The position numbers were made by a program, and so were the translations under genes. A stretch of DNA of 64,000 nt from Macrostomum lignano (taxonomy: Eukaryota): the NCBI GenBank assembly GCA_002269645.1, contig NIVC01002205.1, positions 124,001 through 188,000 of the forward strand. The letters run 5' to 3'. The notes under the pieces are model-generated. The model was not told the origin of the DNA, did no database searches, and saw only the letters and a program-made list of their open reading frames with translations. Numbering within the stretch: position 1 is the stretch's first letter; each line of letters opens with the position of its first letter. This document shows positions 10,662-22,765 of this stretch, one piece after another.

Positions 10662-12902
10662 GGGCAATTCCATGAGTGTGACAGTCGTAGCTTGATGACT
10701 TTGAACTTTAATTCTGACACGAAAAAAATACTTATACCAGAGTTTTTTGTCTCAAAAGAACAATTCTGTAATGCAGTCTAGGGAAAACAAACATTTCTGC
10801 ACACAGAAATTTATTTTAAACAAATGGGACACAATTTAGTGGGCGTGACTGTCGTAGCCACAGAATTGAGCACAGGTGCAGTTGGAAAAAAAGAATTTTA
10901 AATCCTGAGAATTACAACTGCTTAGGTATCTAAATTGGTCTGTTTCTGATAAAAAACACTAGCACCTTGAAAAAAAAGAGACAAAGCTAGGCGTAGTACT
11001 CTTTTTTATTAATTTTTATGATTATTTTTTGTTCTGACGGTCGTAGCGTGACGGTCGTAGCCTTCAATTTACCCACTAACCAACTTGGAAAAATTGAAAA
11101 GTGCATGTAACACAAACAAAAAAAGACTACTAAAGGTCATAGTTCAAATTGTACACCAATGTTACATATTTCAATAGTAATTATAAGTGACTAAAATCAT
11201 TATTATGGGGGTCATCATTGGAGCTTCCGATGGAAGGCTGCTGGACAATGACCCCAGTTGGCTATCCCATCAAGCGACCCCTGGCATCCATCTGGTAAAT
11301 GGCACTAATCCAACATTAAAACATGTGTGCAATTTAACTATAAAATGAGTTAGAAAATGCATTTGAATTAGAAAATGGTAAATTGGCTACTAGGAAAGTA
11401 ACTGCTATGAGCAACTGGGGGAACAGCAAAACGCTGACAGCAAAATGAACAGTAGTTGGGGTGAACAATCATTAGCCCAGGTGAACAAAGTCAAGGGCAT
11501 TTAGTCACGCATAGTCAGAGGCAGATACACACCAATAGTGAACAGTTATTTAATCAGACAGCTACAGACATATAGCCACCCAGTCGGGATACAAATTATA
11601 GTCAAACTCAAAATGGGATGGGGAACTCAAAGTGCCCACGATTGTTCTTGGGCGTGGGGGGCTGAAGATGCTGCACAATGTCTGACAGTGCATATAATAA
11701 ATGCAGTCCTGCTTATTTGGCCAGCAGTAGGTGTTTGGCCCGCACTCAGCCATGACACTGACCTTGGCCTCTGGCTTGCCATTCTTTGTGCTGACTTTCA
11801 CTACCTGGCCAGCGTACAGCTTCCTGTCGTAAGTGACAGCCACCCATTGGCCTTTGGCTAGCTGGCTGGCACTGCTGGCGTCTTCCATCACACCAGTGAC
11901 ACCACCAAAAGGCTGGTCACCATCAGGCCAGACAAGCTGCACAATAGACACGCCAATGGTAGACAGGGTGGCAGAGCAGTCCACTCCGTCAGGCTTGGCT
12001 GCCCAATAGTGTAGGCGCATGATGCCGACAGTCTGGTAAAAAAGGGGTTGGTTTATGGAATTCAAAATATATGCTTCATATTTTTTTCTCTAAAGCCTGT
12101 TGTTGTTTAATTACTTTAAGTAAACTGTGTTGTTTTTAAAAGTATTTTTGCCTTCTGTCGTAACTTTTTTACTTACCTCTGGGGCCAAAGTCAGTTAAGG
12201 CTCAAACTGCTCCACGTACTTGGCCTTGATGTCTGTCTCGTCAATGTAAATAAAGTTTAATAAATTTTAATAATGCCTTTAACTTGATTTCAATTCGTAA
12301 AAGAAGATGATATGAAAGTATACCAGCTGGTATACCATAGTGTCATTAGATACAAAATTCCTGTGACGGTCGTAGCTAACTTTGCAGACTTTTTTCTACT
12401 AGCCCTTAAGACTTATGTGAACCAAATTTTACCAAATAAAAGTACACATGAAAGACTATTTTTTTGTGCATTTTTACAATAGCAGGTCTTACAGGAAAGC
12501 CAAGAAAAAACTTTTTAGATTTTTTTGTGACGGTTGTAGCTGTACTACAGTTTTTAAACTTTGAAGTCCAATATTCATTGTCCTATGAACTTTACATTAA
12601 AAAGAAATATTGCAATAAGCTGCAAAAGACACACTTAACGTATAGAAAAAAAATTATGGCTCAATGAAATACCAAACAGCCAGGGAATGAAATTATATTT
12701 GTTATAAGAAAAGCATTATATTTAGGTCCGGGTGAAGAGTATGCACATTGGGAGCAAAAAATCAAATGAAAAAAGGCAGCAGATTAAAAAAAATAAAAAG
12801 GACAAAAATATACATGTTTAACTATATTATAAACATAAAGTTGTCATTATTCAACAATTTTTTCATTTTTGTCCTAGTGGTGACCCATTCGTGGAATTGC
12901 CC
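10662..12902 (-). mobile_element. DNA transposon derivative with 4-bp TSD (Sola-like, assignment tentative)
   Basis: TIR gggcaattccatgagtg vs revcomp gggcaattccacgaatg. TSD gata at 10658-10661 and 12903-12906. Six copies of gtgacggtcgtagc near the ends. Confidence 0.72.
11562..12065 (-). CDS. TE-internal ORF with Tudor/SH3-like beta-barrel motif (GQWVAVTYDRKLYAGQV..YCWPNKQD)
   Basis: 167-aa ORF inside the 10662-12902 element. The motif resembles C-terminal domains of transposon-derived proteins (from memory, not searched). Confidence 0.45.
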   Translation of the reverse strand: MNSINQPLFYQTVGIMRLHYWAAKPDGVDCSATLSTIGVSIVQLVWPDGDQPFGGVTGVMEDASSASQLAKGQWVAVTYDRKLYAGQVVKVSTKNGKPEAKVSVMAECGPNTYCWPNKQDCIYYMHCQTLCSIFSPPRPRTIVGTLSSPSHFEFDYNLYPDWVAICL

Positions 12903-13674
12903 GATATAATTAATGCCATTATATCTTGCAAAATCTTATTATGAAAAAGAAGCTTCATAGTATATATAACCTTTTTTTCTTTTATTGAAAAGACCTTGGC
13001 CAAGTAGAGGCCTAAGTGGTTGAACTGAGCAATTAAATTTAAAAACAGCACAAAATAAAACCTTAAACCTTAAGCTATTTGTTTCTATATTTTTATGTGC
13101 TGGAGTCTGTCTGTGAACACAGTTTAAAAATGAAAAAAATATTTAAGTTGTAAATTCTAGTGCTACATATGCCTTTTAGATATATGAATGGTTTTATTTG
13201 TTAGATTATAACAAGTTCAAGTTTGTGCCAGTGGGTAAGCTATAAATAAATTTAGTGTGAGAGTCATTTCCAGTGTCTGCTTTGGCAAATTAAATATGAT
13301 GATAAACCCCTACCAACCCCATTGTATATATCCAAGACTGGTCTAACTGCCTTTAGTTATAGACTTTACAAGCCAAATCAGAAACCCAAGTTCCAAGAAA
13401 AAAACAGTATATCTATTTAACTTTGTTGAGTTTTTTACTGTCCAACAGCCTCAGGTAACACAATTTTTCACTTCTTCTTGCCTAATGCCATTCAATTATA
13501 ATGACTTTATAGCATGTAATGTCCCTCTAGTTCAGGCGACAAAAAGTTATACTTTGCAAATTATATCCGGTTCTAGAACCAGAAAAAGTAATATGAAAAG
13601 GCCCATTGTGTATAAGGACTTTTGAAACACAACTGGACAAATAACCCGCAGCTGATTCAACCCAAACCTTGCAA

Positions 13675-16582
13675 ATGTTCGGCCGGCCCAACAGCCACAG
13701 CATGTCCGGCCAGTCAAGCCCCTCCAACTCGAACTCGGCCTGGCCAGATGGCCGACCAGACACTATTTTCTTCGAGAGTGCGCCTGGCCCAGCTCCTGTT
13801 TCTATGGCAACATATGAGCAAACGGGCGATCTCACAGAAGGCTCCGGTCACCAGAGGCCTCTGATGGCGCTGTGCATCATTCCGGAGCTGCAGTCGCGCC
13901 GGCGTGAAGACTATGTCCGGCGAGCCAAACGATTCGCCAAGGAGCAAAGTGTCAAGTTCATCATGCACCAGATGCAGGAGAAGCACCACCGCGCGGTGGG
14001 TAGAGTGTTTGCTTCATTACTGCTTTCAATTCATGAGTGAAATTTGATTAAAAAGCCGTTTAAAATTAGGATTTGTTAGTTTGTACTATTCAAGTGCTGT
14101 GGAAAATGCATTCTGTGACATCGTCCCACAGCCGGTGGGAAGGCAATTGTGGCAGACACACTAGCGCGGGTATACATGCGCACATTCACAGGTGTCTGAA
14201 TTATTCAAAGTCAGGCCATATACACTTTTACAATTTAGGGTGTCCGGGTTCGGTCCTCGTGTTGTACGAGAAAACCCCATGCTGTGACTGAGTATTGCTA
14301 CCCCAGATAGATATGACCACACCTGAATTCTATCCCGCTTTGTCACAATCGTCATTGATCAATAATTATTGAATGAGCAACACTTCCCCTTGCAGCAAGT
14401 TCAGCAAGTGAAGCGAGCTCAGGCTCTGTTGCTGCTCAGCAGAATTTACGTGGGCAGCATTGCCGCTGACGTCACAGAGGAGATGCTGACTGCCGCCTTC
14501 CAAACCTACGGCACAGTAAAGGCCTGCAACATGGGTTTCGACAACGCCACCCGCAAACACAAAGGCTATGCATTTGTTGAGTTCGAGCTGGCCGAGGCAG
14601 CCACACTGGCCATTGACGGCATGAATGGATATACCATTGGTGAGGAGTCGGAGTGCACTGTGTCATGAGTTTATTTGGTGAGGAGTCAGAGTGCACTGTG
14701 TCATGAGTTTATTTGGTGAGGAGTCAGAGTGCACTGTGTCATGAGTTTATTTGGTGAGGAGTCGGAGTGCACTGTGTCATGAGTTTATTTGGTGAGGAGT
14801 CAGAGTGCACTGTGTCATGAGTTTATTTGGTGAGGAGTCGGAGTGCACTGTGTCATGAGTTTATTTGGTGAGGAGTCGGAGTGCACTGTGTCATGAGTTT
14901 ATTTGGTGAGGAGTCAGAGTGCACTGTGTCATGAGTTTATTTGGTGAGGAGTCGGAGTGCACTGTGTCATGAGTTTATTTGGTGAGGAGTCAGAGTGCAC
15001 TGTGTCATGAGTGCATACACTGTTGATGTTAAATTAAATCCAATTTTACCTGTTCCTTCGGTACTCATCCCGCAGGAGGTCGCAACCTAAAAGTGAGTCG
15101 GCCATCAAACATTTCGAATCCAAACCCGGTGATTGACGAGCTAGTGCGCGAGGGGTCGCTGTACAGCCGCGTTTACGTGGCCAACGTGCACCCGCAACTC
15201 ACCGAGTTCGAGCTGCGCTCCGTGTTTGAGGCTTTCGGCTCGCTGGTGAGCTGCAAGCTGGAGCCCGACCCCACCGTGCCCGGCGTTCACTGCGGCTTCG
15301 GCTTCATAGAGTATTCCACCCCGGAGTCTGCGATCGAGGCCATCAGTGCGATGCATGGATTTGACCTTGGCGGGCAGCTGCTCAAGGTTGGCAGGTCAGT
15401 CTGAGACTTGCCGGTTCGATGCTTCGATATTCCGCATTTCATTCTTATCCATTATATCTACCTGTATGTGCATAAGCATTTCAATTGGAAGAGTCGTGGG
15501 GAAATGGCTAACTACCCAGCTCTGTTCTACTCTAGAATAGGGGAAACTGTAGTAGAATATATGGCATTGTTGGCAATTGTGAAATACCGCTTAGTTCACA
15601 AGTAAGCTGCAAAATTTGCTCAAAAATTCCTAAAATTCGAGCGTAAAGCCAGCCTTCCAAACCTTCCTTGAGTTCCTTCCTTTCAGCCAGCCTAAAATCG
15701 ATGCAAAAGCTTGTTTATTCCATATCCAATTTAAAGTCGGTGTCATTTAGCGCAATTTATGTTTTGGTGCTGAAAGAAAACTTGTGCTGCAGCTTAGTCG
15801 ACTATTTAATTAAACCACCTACTCGATCCACCAGGGCCATCACTCCGCCCGTTGTGCCGGTTTCCGCCCCTCCATCCGCCCTGCCCGCGGCGGCTGCCGT
15901 TGCAGCTGCCAACATCACTGCCCAGCTCATGGCACAGCGGGCTGTGGGTCCGGCAGAGCTCAGTTCATCTGCACCTTCGGCCCCCCAGCAACAGCAACAA
16001 CAGCAGCAGCAACAGCAGCAGCAACAGCAGCAGACCCAGAATCAGCAGCCGCAGGTATCGCAGCAGCAATCGGAACAGCCGCAGGTGTCGCAGGCAGCTG
16101 CAGCTCTGGCGCCTCCTCCGCCTGTCGCAGCTGCAATGGCGGCTGCGGCAGCGGCGGGGATGACTGAGAGGCAGCAGCAGCAGCTAATGGAGGATGATGC
16201 GATGCTGGGCCAACAACCGGAGAGCGTTGAGCACGAGAACGACTTCATCAGGGGCCAGGAGGCTAGGCGGCTGGTGATGCGGAAGCTGATGATGCGGGCC
16301 GCACCACCCAGGGTGCTCCTGCTGCGCAACATGGTCACGCCGCAGGATTTGGACGAAGACCTGGAGTCCGAAGTGTCCGCCGAGTGCGCCAAGTTTGGCA
16401 GCGTCCAGCGGGTGGTCATCCTTGAGCAGGCGGACTCCGTGCGGGTGTTCGTTGAGTTCGAGGACTCGGCTGGGGCTGAGGCTGCCTGCCGTGCCATGGC
16501 TGGTCGCTTCTTCGGCGGCAGGGAGGTTCGGGCAGATCTGTACGAGCAGGAGCTGTGGGAAGCCGGTGACCTCACCCAGTGA
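13675..16582 (+). CDS. PUF60: Poly(U)-binding splicing factor PUF60/half pint; exons 13675-13995, 14396-14639, 15076-15394, 15835-16582 (543 aa)
   Basis: RRM1 RIYVGSI..KHKGYAFVEF, linker GGRNLKVSRPSN, RRM2 RVYVANVHP..GFGFIEY, AITPP, C-terminal UHM VLLLRNMV..GRFFGGREV. All three introns are GT-AG and phase-consistent. Start codon inferred. Confidence 0.93.
14640..15011 (+). repeat. 38-bp minisatellite (~10 copies) starting exactly at the PUF60 intron 2 donor
   Basis: Unit gtgaggagtc(g/a)gagtgcactgtgtcatgagtttatttg, starts at 14640, 14678 ... 14982. Confidence 0.97.
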
Positions 16583-16872
16583 CTGACATGCCTTTCTCCC
16601 TGTTCATTAACTGCATCTTTGTGTGCTCTGATTGGTTTAATTTTCACCTGACTTGCTGTCCGACATTCTGTCATTCGAAGCCACCAAGACAGAAACAGTC
16701 AACGGCCAGAGCGGGTTTGTTAACTGGTATGAAATGTAGCAATCTTAAGCCCGCGGTTTCTTAGTCTGGTTGTGTATCTGAGTACAGTTAATGGACTGGG
16801 CTGCTGCTCACTGTGGCAGCGAATCTGTACAGTGTTTTTAATCTTGTGTTACTATTGCAGCCCGAAGGCAAA

Positions 16873-16878
16873 AATAAA
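16873..16878 (+). promoter_or_regulatory. Candidate polyadenylation signal of PUF60
   Basis: aataaa ~290 nt after the stop codon, followed by GT-rich sequence. Confidence 0.45.
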
Positions 16879-17479
16879 AGTGCATTGCGTTTTCTAAATT
16901 GTGTTGCTCTGATTGCACTGCGCTAAGGCAGCGTCTTAATCCGGATTCATATCCGTGCTTTCTTCCTGTAAACTCATTTCAGCTAGATTAGTGAGTCCAG
17001 GAATCTATTCTGGCTGGTTTGAGCACAATTGTCTCATAACAGCTCTCTGGGTGCTCCAAAGGAACCGAGATTTCTTGGAGTTTGTTACGAATTGTGACTG
17101 CGTCTAATAGTTTTCTGAATCCTTCCTAAGAATAAAGAATATCATTGTGATGATGCATGTAGGTTTTAACGCTGTGGGTAAAATTGTAGCGACGTCACTC
17201 GACAATCCCCTCACAATTATTGTATTCCACGTCAGTACGAGCGTAGTTTATCTCGGTTGTTTGGTTTGCCGCGTACTTGCCTGCAATGACTTGCTTCCGT
17301 TTGGAGTAAGCAACACTGTTGTACATGTCCGTACTTGTACGATGAGCTTACGATGTCTTACTTATTTCGTGCTGGCAAGTTCAGGCAAAGGTAAAGACCG
17401 TCTTCCTTTTGTAAAGGTACTCGAGACTTTGGACACTTCGCTGGAACAGCAAATCGACGTGGCGCACGCTGGCCTGCAG

Positions 17480-19907
17480 GGGTCCATGAGAAATGCCCGC
17501 AGACGAATTGCCCGCCGAGCTTTTCCCGCCGAGATTTGCCCGCAGTGCATTTTGCCCGTGTGATGAGGACGCACTTTTTTCCAAACCCCGCGCTAGCACA
17601 TGGGCTCTAAACTTACTAGCCTACTAACAGTGGGCAATGGGCATTTTTATTTTTTTTCTGCGAATAGTCATAGAATCTATACTAGATATAATGTCTGGTC
17701 ATACTAGTAGTCATAATAACATAGGCATTGCTTTTTGGATCATAAATCATCGCTTTCGAAGCTGGTCTGACAGCCACCTGCGCCTCACTCAGTGTTGAGG
17801 CGGGCGCCAGATGGTCTGAGAGGATGCGGGCGGTAGCTTTTTTCTCATCATTTTGACAGGCCATCAAGATTTATGAGGTCAGAGCCTATTGTTCGGATTC
17901 ACTCAAGCGTGTGACAGCTTTGACAGCTATGCGTTTTACCCCTAAAAGTACTTTGGGATTAGCGATTAGCAATTTCTCTTCATTATCTTCACTTTCTATT
18001 TAATAAGAGCTTTCTAATGTATATTTTTTCATTAATTTCTGTCAATCCTACGCGAAAAGTCATAAATCATTTTGTTGCGATTTTGAGTGATTTATGGCCG
18101 CACCTGTCATCTTTTTACGACCCTGTGGGAACTGATAGGATCTCTCGGTCACGTGATTCTGGGTAGCAACAAGCTTAGCCAATCAGAAAATTCGGCGCTC
18201 ATTTTAACAAAACGGCTCACATTATAACAAACTGCGGTCCAGTTGGCGGCTATTTAAACCGGAGTTTTTGGCCCGCTCGGACTAGACTCCAACCTGCTCG
18301 GGCCCAGCACGCAACTTCTGGTTCCCGGAGCGCGACCGTCGTTTCTTGATGCCCGGATTGCGACTTCCCCCCATCATCATCAAGGACGAATCCCCCGGTC
18401 GTCAGCAGCGAACATCAAGCGAAGATCATCACCTGCTAGCTATCAGCGAAGATTGTGTCAGCATCATCCTGGGTCTACAGCTGCGAAGCATCAAGCCGAT
18501 TCGGTCACTGTGGATTTCCTGGTCTCCGGCTGTTGAGTTTCTGATTGGTTGGGTGAGAGGCTACCTAGACTTGCTTGATTGGGTGATTCCCTGTCTGTCC
18601 CCTGTTTCAGTAGCTGGATTAGGCGCACACTTTTGCTCATTTTGTTCAGTAGTGCTGTTACTGAGGCAGAAATCACTTAATAATACTGCTAGTAGTCTGA
18701 AACTCCAATTCAATCTGAGGTGTGAAGTGATCTAAGGAGGAGGTTAAATCTGACAGTTATTTTTATCGGTTTTATTTCTTTGTTCGCCGATGGCTCAGAT
18801 GAGTAGCTAAGCTAGTAGGCGCCGGTCACAGTGGACCAATGGCAAAGCGGTTCTCAGTCGATCAATCAATCAAATCAGTGAGCAAAACTGCCAGAAGTGC
18901 AGAATCGGCGCCAGAGATGTACTTTGTGCACTCTAGGTTAGCCAAGCGGCTCGGGTAATGAATCATGCGAGGTCTCTGAAGTTCGAGTTAGTCTATCATC
19001 AGCGCTATGAGAGGCTAGTTGGCGCGTTGAAGGCCAAAAGTACATACCTTCGTATTTAGCAATGTAATAGTACATGTAGCTACCCCATAGACTCGCCACT
19101 GCAAGAATCCCCTGCACAAGTCCCCTCTGTACCTGCATGGCCAATGCGATCTAGTCCCAGCAGTGTCCCTTATCATCGGCTATGACTTCGAGATTGACAG
19201 CAAAAAGACACTAGTTGGCAGGTAAGTGCAAAGCCCCTTCTAGTCGGAAGCCCGATTTCGAGAGTCCCGGTGTGGTGAGCCAGGACGTACGGGCTGGTGG
19301 CAGCGAGTTAGCTTAGTCTGCGGATTAGCTAATTTCTACCTTCAAAATTCTCCCTGCTTGTCTCTCGCTGTCCCTCTCTTAGCTATAGGACCTAGACTGC
19401 TCGCCACACGATCAAGCTACCATGGGGCTGACCATCTGACAGGAGTGGGGGGCCAGGACTCTAATTGATTTATTTCTGAGGCCTGAGGCCCGAAGGCTTC
19501 CTCACAAGGGGCCTGAAAGGTCGAAACCCATCACGTGAGTGAATTTTCCCGTGGAGATTTGCCCGCAGTGCAATTTGCCCGCGAGCGAGTTGCCCGCCGA
19601 GTTTTTTCCCGTCGAGGTTTGCCCGCAGTGCTTTTTTACTGCAGCGCATTTAGCCACGCGGCAGATTTTGTCTGCATTGCGTTCCCAATGCTTAGTACAT
19701 GTAAATCTTAATAAATAGATTTACACGATAAAAACGTTTTAATAGTAACTGCATATTAACTGCATATTTTTTTTTGGGGGGGGGGGCAGGGAAAAAACTC
19801 CGCGGGCAACTCGCTCGCGGGTAATTTACTCGGCGGGAAAATACTCGGCAAGTACTCGGCAGGTAAATCTCGGTGGGAAAAGCTCGGCGGGCATCTCTCG
19901 TGCTCCC
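17480..19907. mobile_element. Non-autonomous MULE-type element with nested ~1.4-kb insertion
   Basis: 9-bp TSD ggcctgcag at 17471-17479 and 19908-19916. TIR gggtccatgagaaatgcccgc vs revcomp gggagcacgagagatgcccgc. Many ttgcccgc subterminal repeats. Confidence 0.85.
18149..19538 (+). mobile_element. LTR-like non-coding insertion, possibly a solo LTR
   Basis: Bounded by tcacgtga at both ends. Contains agccaatcag (CCAAT) and ctatttaaa (TATA-like) near the 5' end. No recognisable ORF. Confidence 0.4.
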
Positions 19908-20932
19908 GGCCTGCAGCGCGTTCGAGATCGCGGGCACTACTATTTATCACCACGGCGTGGCCGTCTTAGTGACCTGATGCGCCAACTCCAGTGACCGGCC
20001 ATTTATTTCGCGTCGAGTGTCGGATTGTACCTGCTGTGATCGGGTTTGGGGCTCACGTAGTGAGAAAAGTCACGCGCATCGAACCCTCCAAATTGTCTGT
20101 CTGCCTTCCCCAACCTGTGTACAGTTCTAACAGTACCCAACTTCGGTACATGTGCTGCTGACGCTGTTCATTCACGGATGCACTACAACGATCGAGAAAC
20201 GGCGTTTCGTCAAATACCAAATCTTTTCTCCCTCAGCTTCAATTTCTCTTAATCTTTCAGTTAATGTAAGTACGACTCAAATAGAAGACAGGAAACCTCG
20301 TTTCTTGGAAATTTTTGGGAGGCAGGATTTTTTGAAAAGTACACTACGGAGATAGGAATTCGAAGTTTTCATTTCTTCAGCAAAAAAATGTAATTGCTTT
20401 CAATAGGAGGCAGGCCCAATGTTCATATTTTGATATTCATTGATATTCAATGTTCATATTTTCATTTTTTGTATAATAATCATAGCTGCTACAGTGGTAT
20501 TATTGTGGGTATTAATCCAGTACACGTCGTGCACTGGTTAAAAGACGCAGTCCGTGTCAGTATTTATGGAGACCAGTGCAGGCTGGAAATGAGCATGAGC
20601 ATAATATAGCACTGCTGGAGCCAACCTCATCAGTAATTGTCTGCTTTGCAGGAGGGGTGATGGTATGATTTAAGCTTTATGGGTGAGGCCGCTGCTCTTC
20701 CAACCTTTTGTTGCTGTTCCGGTCTGGGTGTAGATGCGAGGGTATAATAATAAGTGTGAGCTGCGCAGCGGGGTTGGCAAACCACCGCACACCCATGCAC
20801 CTCAATTGTGTGGCAGTTGAGCTAGCAAGAGTGGCTAAATAAGACGGGTTAGTGCACAGAAGATTTATTCAGATTATTCCGAGCGGCCTCAGAGACCTAC
20901 AGACGCATAGCAAGCTAAAGTGCTGCAGTGCA

Positions 20933-21583
20933 ATGCACACCGAGAAGGACTCGGTGCGGCAGCTCGTGAAACGGCGGCAGCTGAACTGCCTTCACCTGCG
21001 CGAGCTGAATTCAGCCTGCAACGAGCTACAGCTGCTACAGTTCCGCAGGGAGGCCACCACCAGCTTCGCCGATCTCCGCGGCGTTTTGTGCCCCCTTTTC
21101 GAGGACACCAGGCCGCCTCAGCCGCCACCACCACCGCCACCGAAGCCTAAGCGACGGCATCTCCATCCGAGTCCATTTCTGCAGCCGCCGGCGTCAGCGG
21201 AGATAGCTGCGGCAGCAATGATGAGACAGCAGCGGCTGCCAGCGCTTCAGCGACTTGCACCAGGCAAAGACATTGCCGGTTGCGACTGTCTTGGTGAGAC
21301 AGAGAAGAAACTGATAGAGCTACACGAAGCAAGCAATGAGGCCGCCGCAGCATCAGTCACAGTGCGTTCGCGTCACAGCCGGCGCCTCCGCCGTGGCGTT
21401 GACGGAAGCAGCTTCAGCGAAGCGGTCTGGAGATGGCGGTCACAGCTTCCGGACTTCTCCATCGGCCTAATGAAACCCGGTGGGGAATCGTCCACTGTAG
21501 CTGGCTGCGGTAAAACGGCTGCGGTGGCCGGGTTGGGACTCGGTTCTCCCCGCCGGGCTGCCCGACCCCTGCAGATCCGGTAG
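20933..21583 (+). CDS. Uncharacterised GC-rich ORF (open from 20852), Pro/Ala/Arg-rich, possible SAP/HeH-like motif
   Basis: Long open frame with the same compositional style as neighbouring exons. LNCLHLRELNSACNELQL resembles a helix-extended-helix motif only weakly. Confidence 0.45.
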   Translation: MHTEKDSVRQLVKRRQLNCLHLRELNSACNELQLLQFRREATTSFADLRGVLCPLFEDTRPPQPPPPPPPKPKRRHLHPSPFLQPPASAEIAAAAMMRQQRLPALQRLAPGKDIAGCDCLGETEKKLIELHEASNEAAAASVTVRSRHSRRLRRGVDGSSFSEAVWRWRSQLPDFSIGLMKPGGESSTVAGCGKTAAVAGLGLGSPRRAARPLQIR

Positions 21584-22672
21584 AACGCTCTGGGGCTACG
21601 GCTTTGCGACAGAGGCAGCGTGGGCGGCTAACAAATCAGACACAACCTGCTTGGGACCCTCATCCTGTGACCAGCGGTCTCAGAAGACTCCGAACATTTC
21701 ACGGCCTGTCGACATGCAACTCTGCAGAATAACTAGCTGTTTCGAGATATTGTGTATTTGTGCGTCAGTCTGTCTTCGAAACATTTACGCACTGAACGAT
21801 CGAGTAATTAAAGCAGCTTATGAATTTCATCAGATTTCTTTTTATTATTAGGGCCTCCAGCATCTCAAATTGTACATGTACATGTAAATCTATAGCTTAG
21901 CTAAAAATGCTACCCAACCTCTTTTGCCATGTGAATCGTTCACACAGTGTAGATGTAATAGATGAAACAGCCCACAAATTTGTCTCGCAAGATTAAACTA
22001 AAACAGCTTTAATTTTTTAAGTCGTACAACGTGTACACATGTACATGTTCACGTCCATTTCAAACTGGAGTCTGGAGATCTACATGTGTATATACATGTA
22101 ACTCGAAGCTGAAGCTAAAAATGCACAGAAATTTCTTTTGTTTTTTTCATTTTCACTTCATCCCCAAACTATTTTTCTTTTTTTATATAGAAAGCAACAG
22201 ATATCGTCCGTTTATCTGAAGATCAATAGCAACGAGATATGGCTGAAAAGCGCAGAAGTATAGAAAATAGTTACTATTCTTTATGCTATAATCCGATTAG
22301 CTTAGTTTCAGATAGATGGTTAGCTGTTAGTGGCTTTTAAATTTTGTTTATCTTTTCAACGACTTTAAAGTTATTGTTGTTGTTAGGGCTCGATCCTTAA
22401 AACACGTGTACCGTCCCGCAGCGGTAAACAAATTGGACTATAACTGAAGACATTTCAGAATACGTTGTCTGTTAAGTTTTAAGTTTTTATTAATTTTTTT
22501 CACTTCAAAGTAAAGTTTTTTACTTCAAAACATAAAATTCTGTGAATAATAAGTTTTTAGTAATAAAATAATAAAATAATGATAATATAATTTTCATCAG
22601 GAAAACGAGAATAAGAAAAAAAAGAATATTTAATATAACAATTTAAGGTATTTATTCCGTTAATCTTATAAG

Positions 22673-22765
22673 AAATAGTTTTTTCTGTAATCAAATACTG
22701 CATTGACAAAAATGTTATAATGTGTAGCGCTGCGGGGTGGTGCGATACGTGTTTTAGGGAGACCC
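22673..22765. repeat. Dispersed repeat, copy B of 113-218
   Basis: Direct similarity to 113-218. Confidence 0.7.

Noticed and set aside
15668-15834. N-terminal part of the 304-aa ORF
   Set aside because: Intronic. The phase-consistent acceptor at 15834 restores KVGR-AITPP.
16042-16674. 210-aa minus-strand ORF, and similar antisense ORFs over other exons
   Set aside because: Shadow frames of GC-rich coding exons with no recognisable motifs.
19470-19535. Hammerhead ribozyme of a Penelope-like repeat (ctga...gaaac)
   Set aside because: No CUGANGA core properly placed before a stem II. Could be retested with Infernal.
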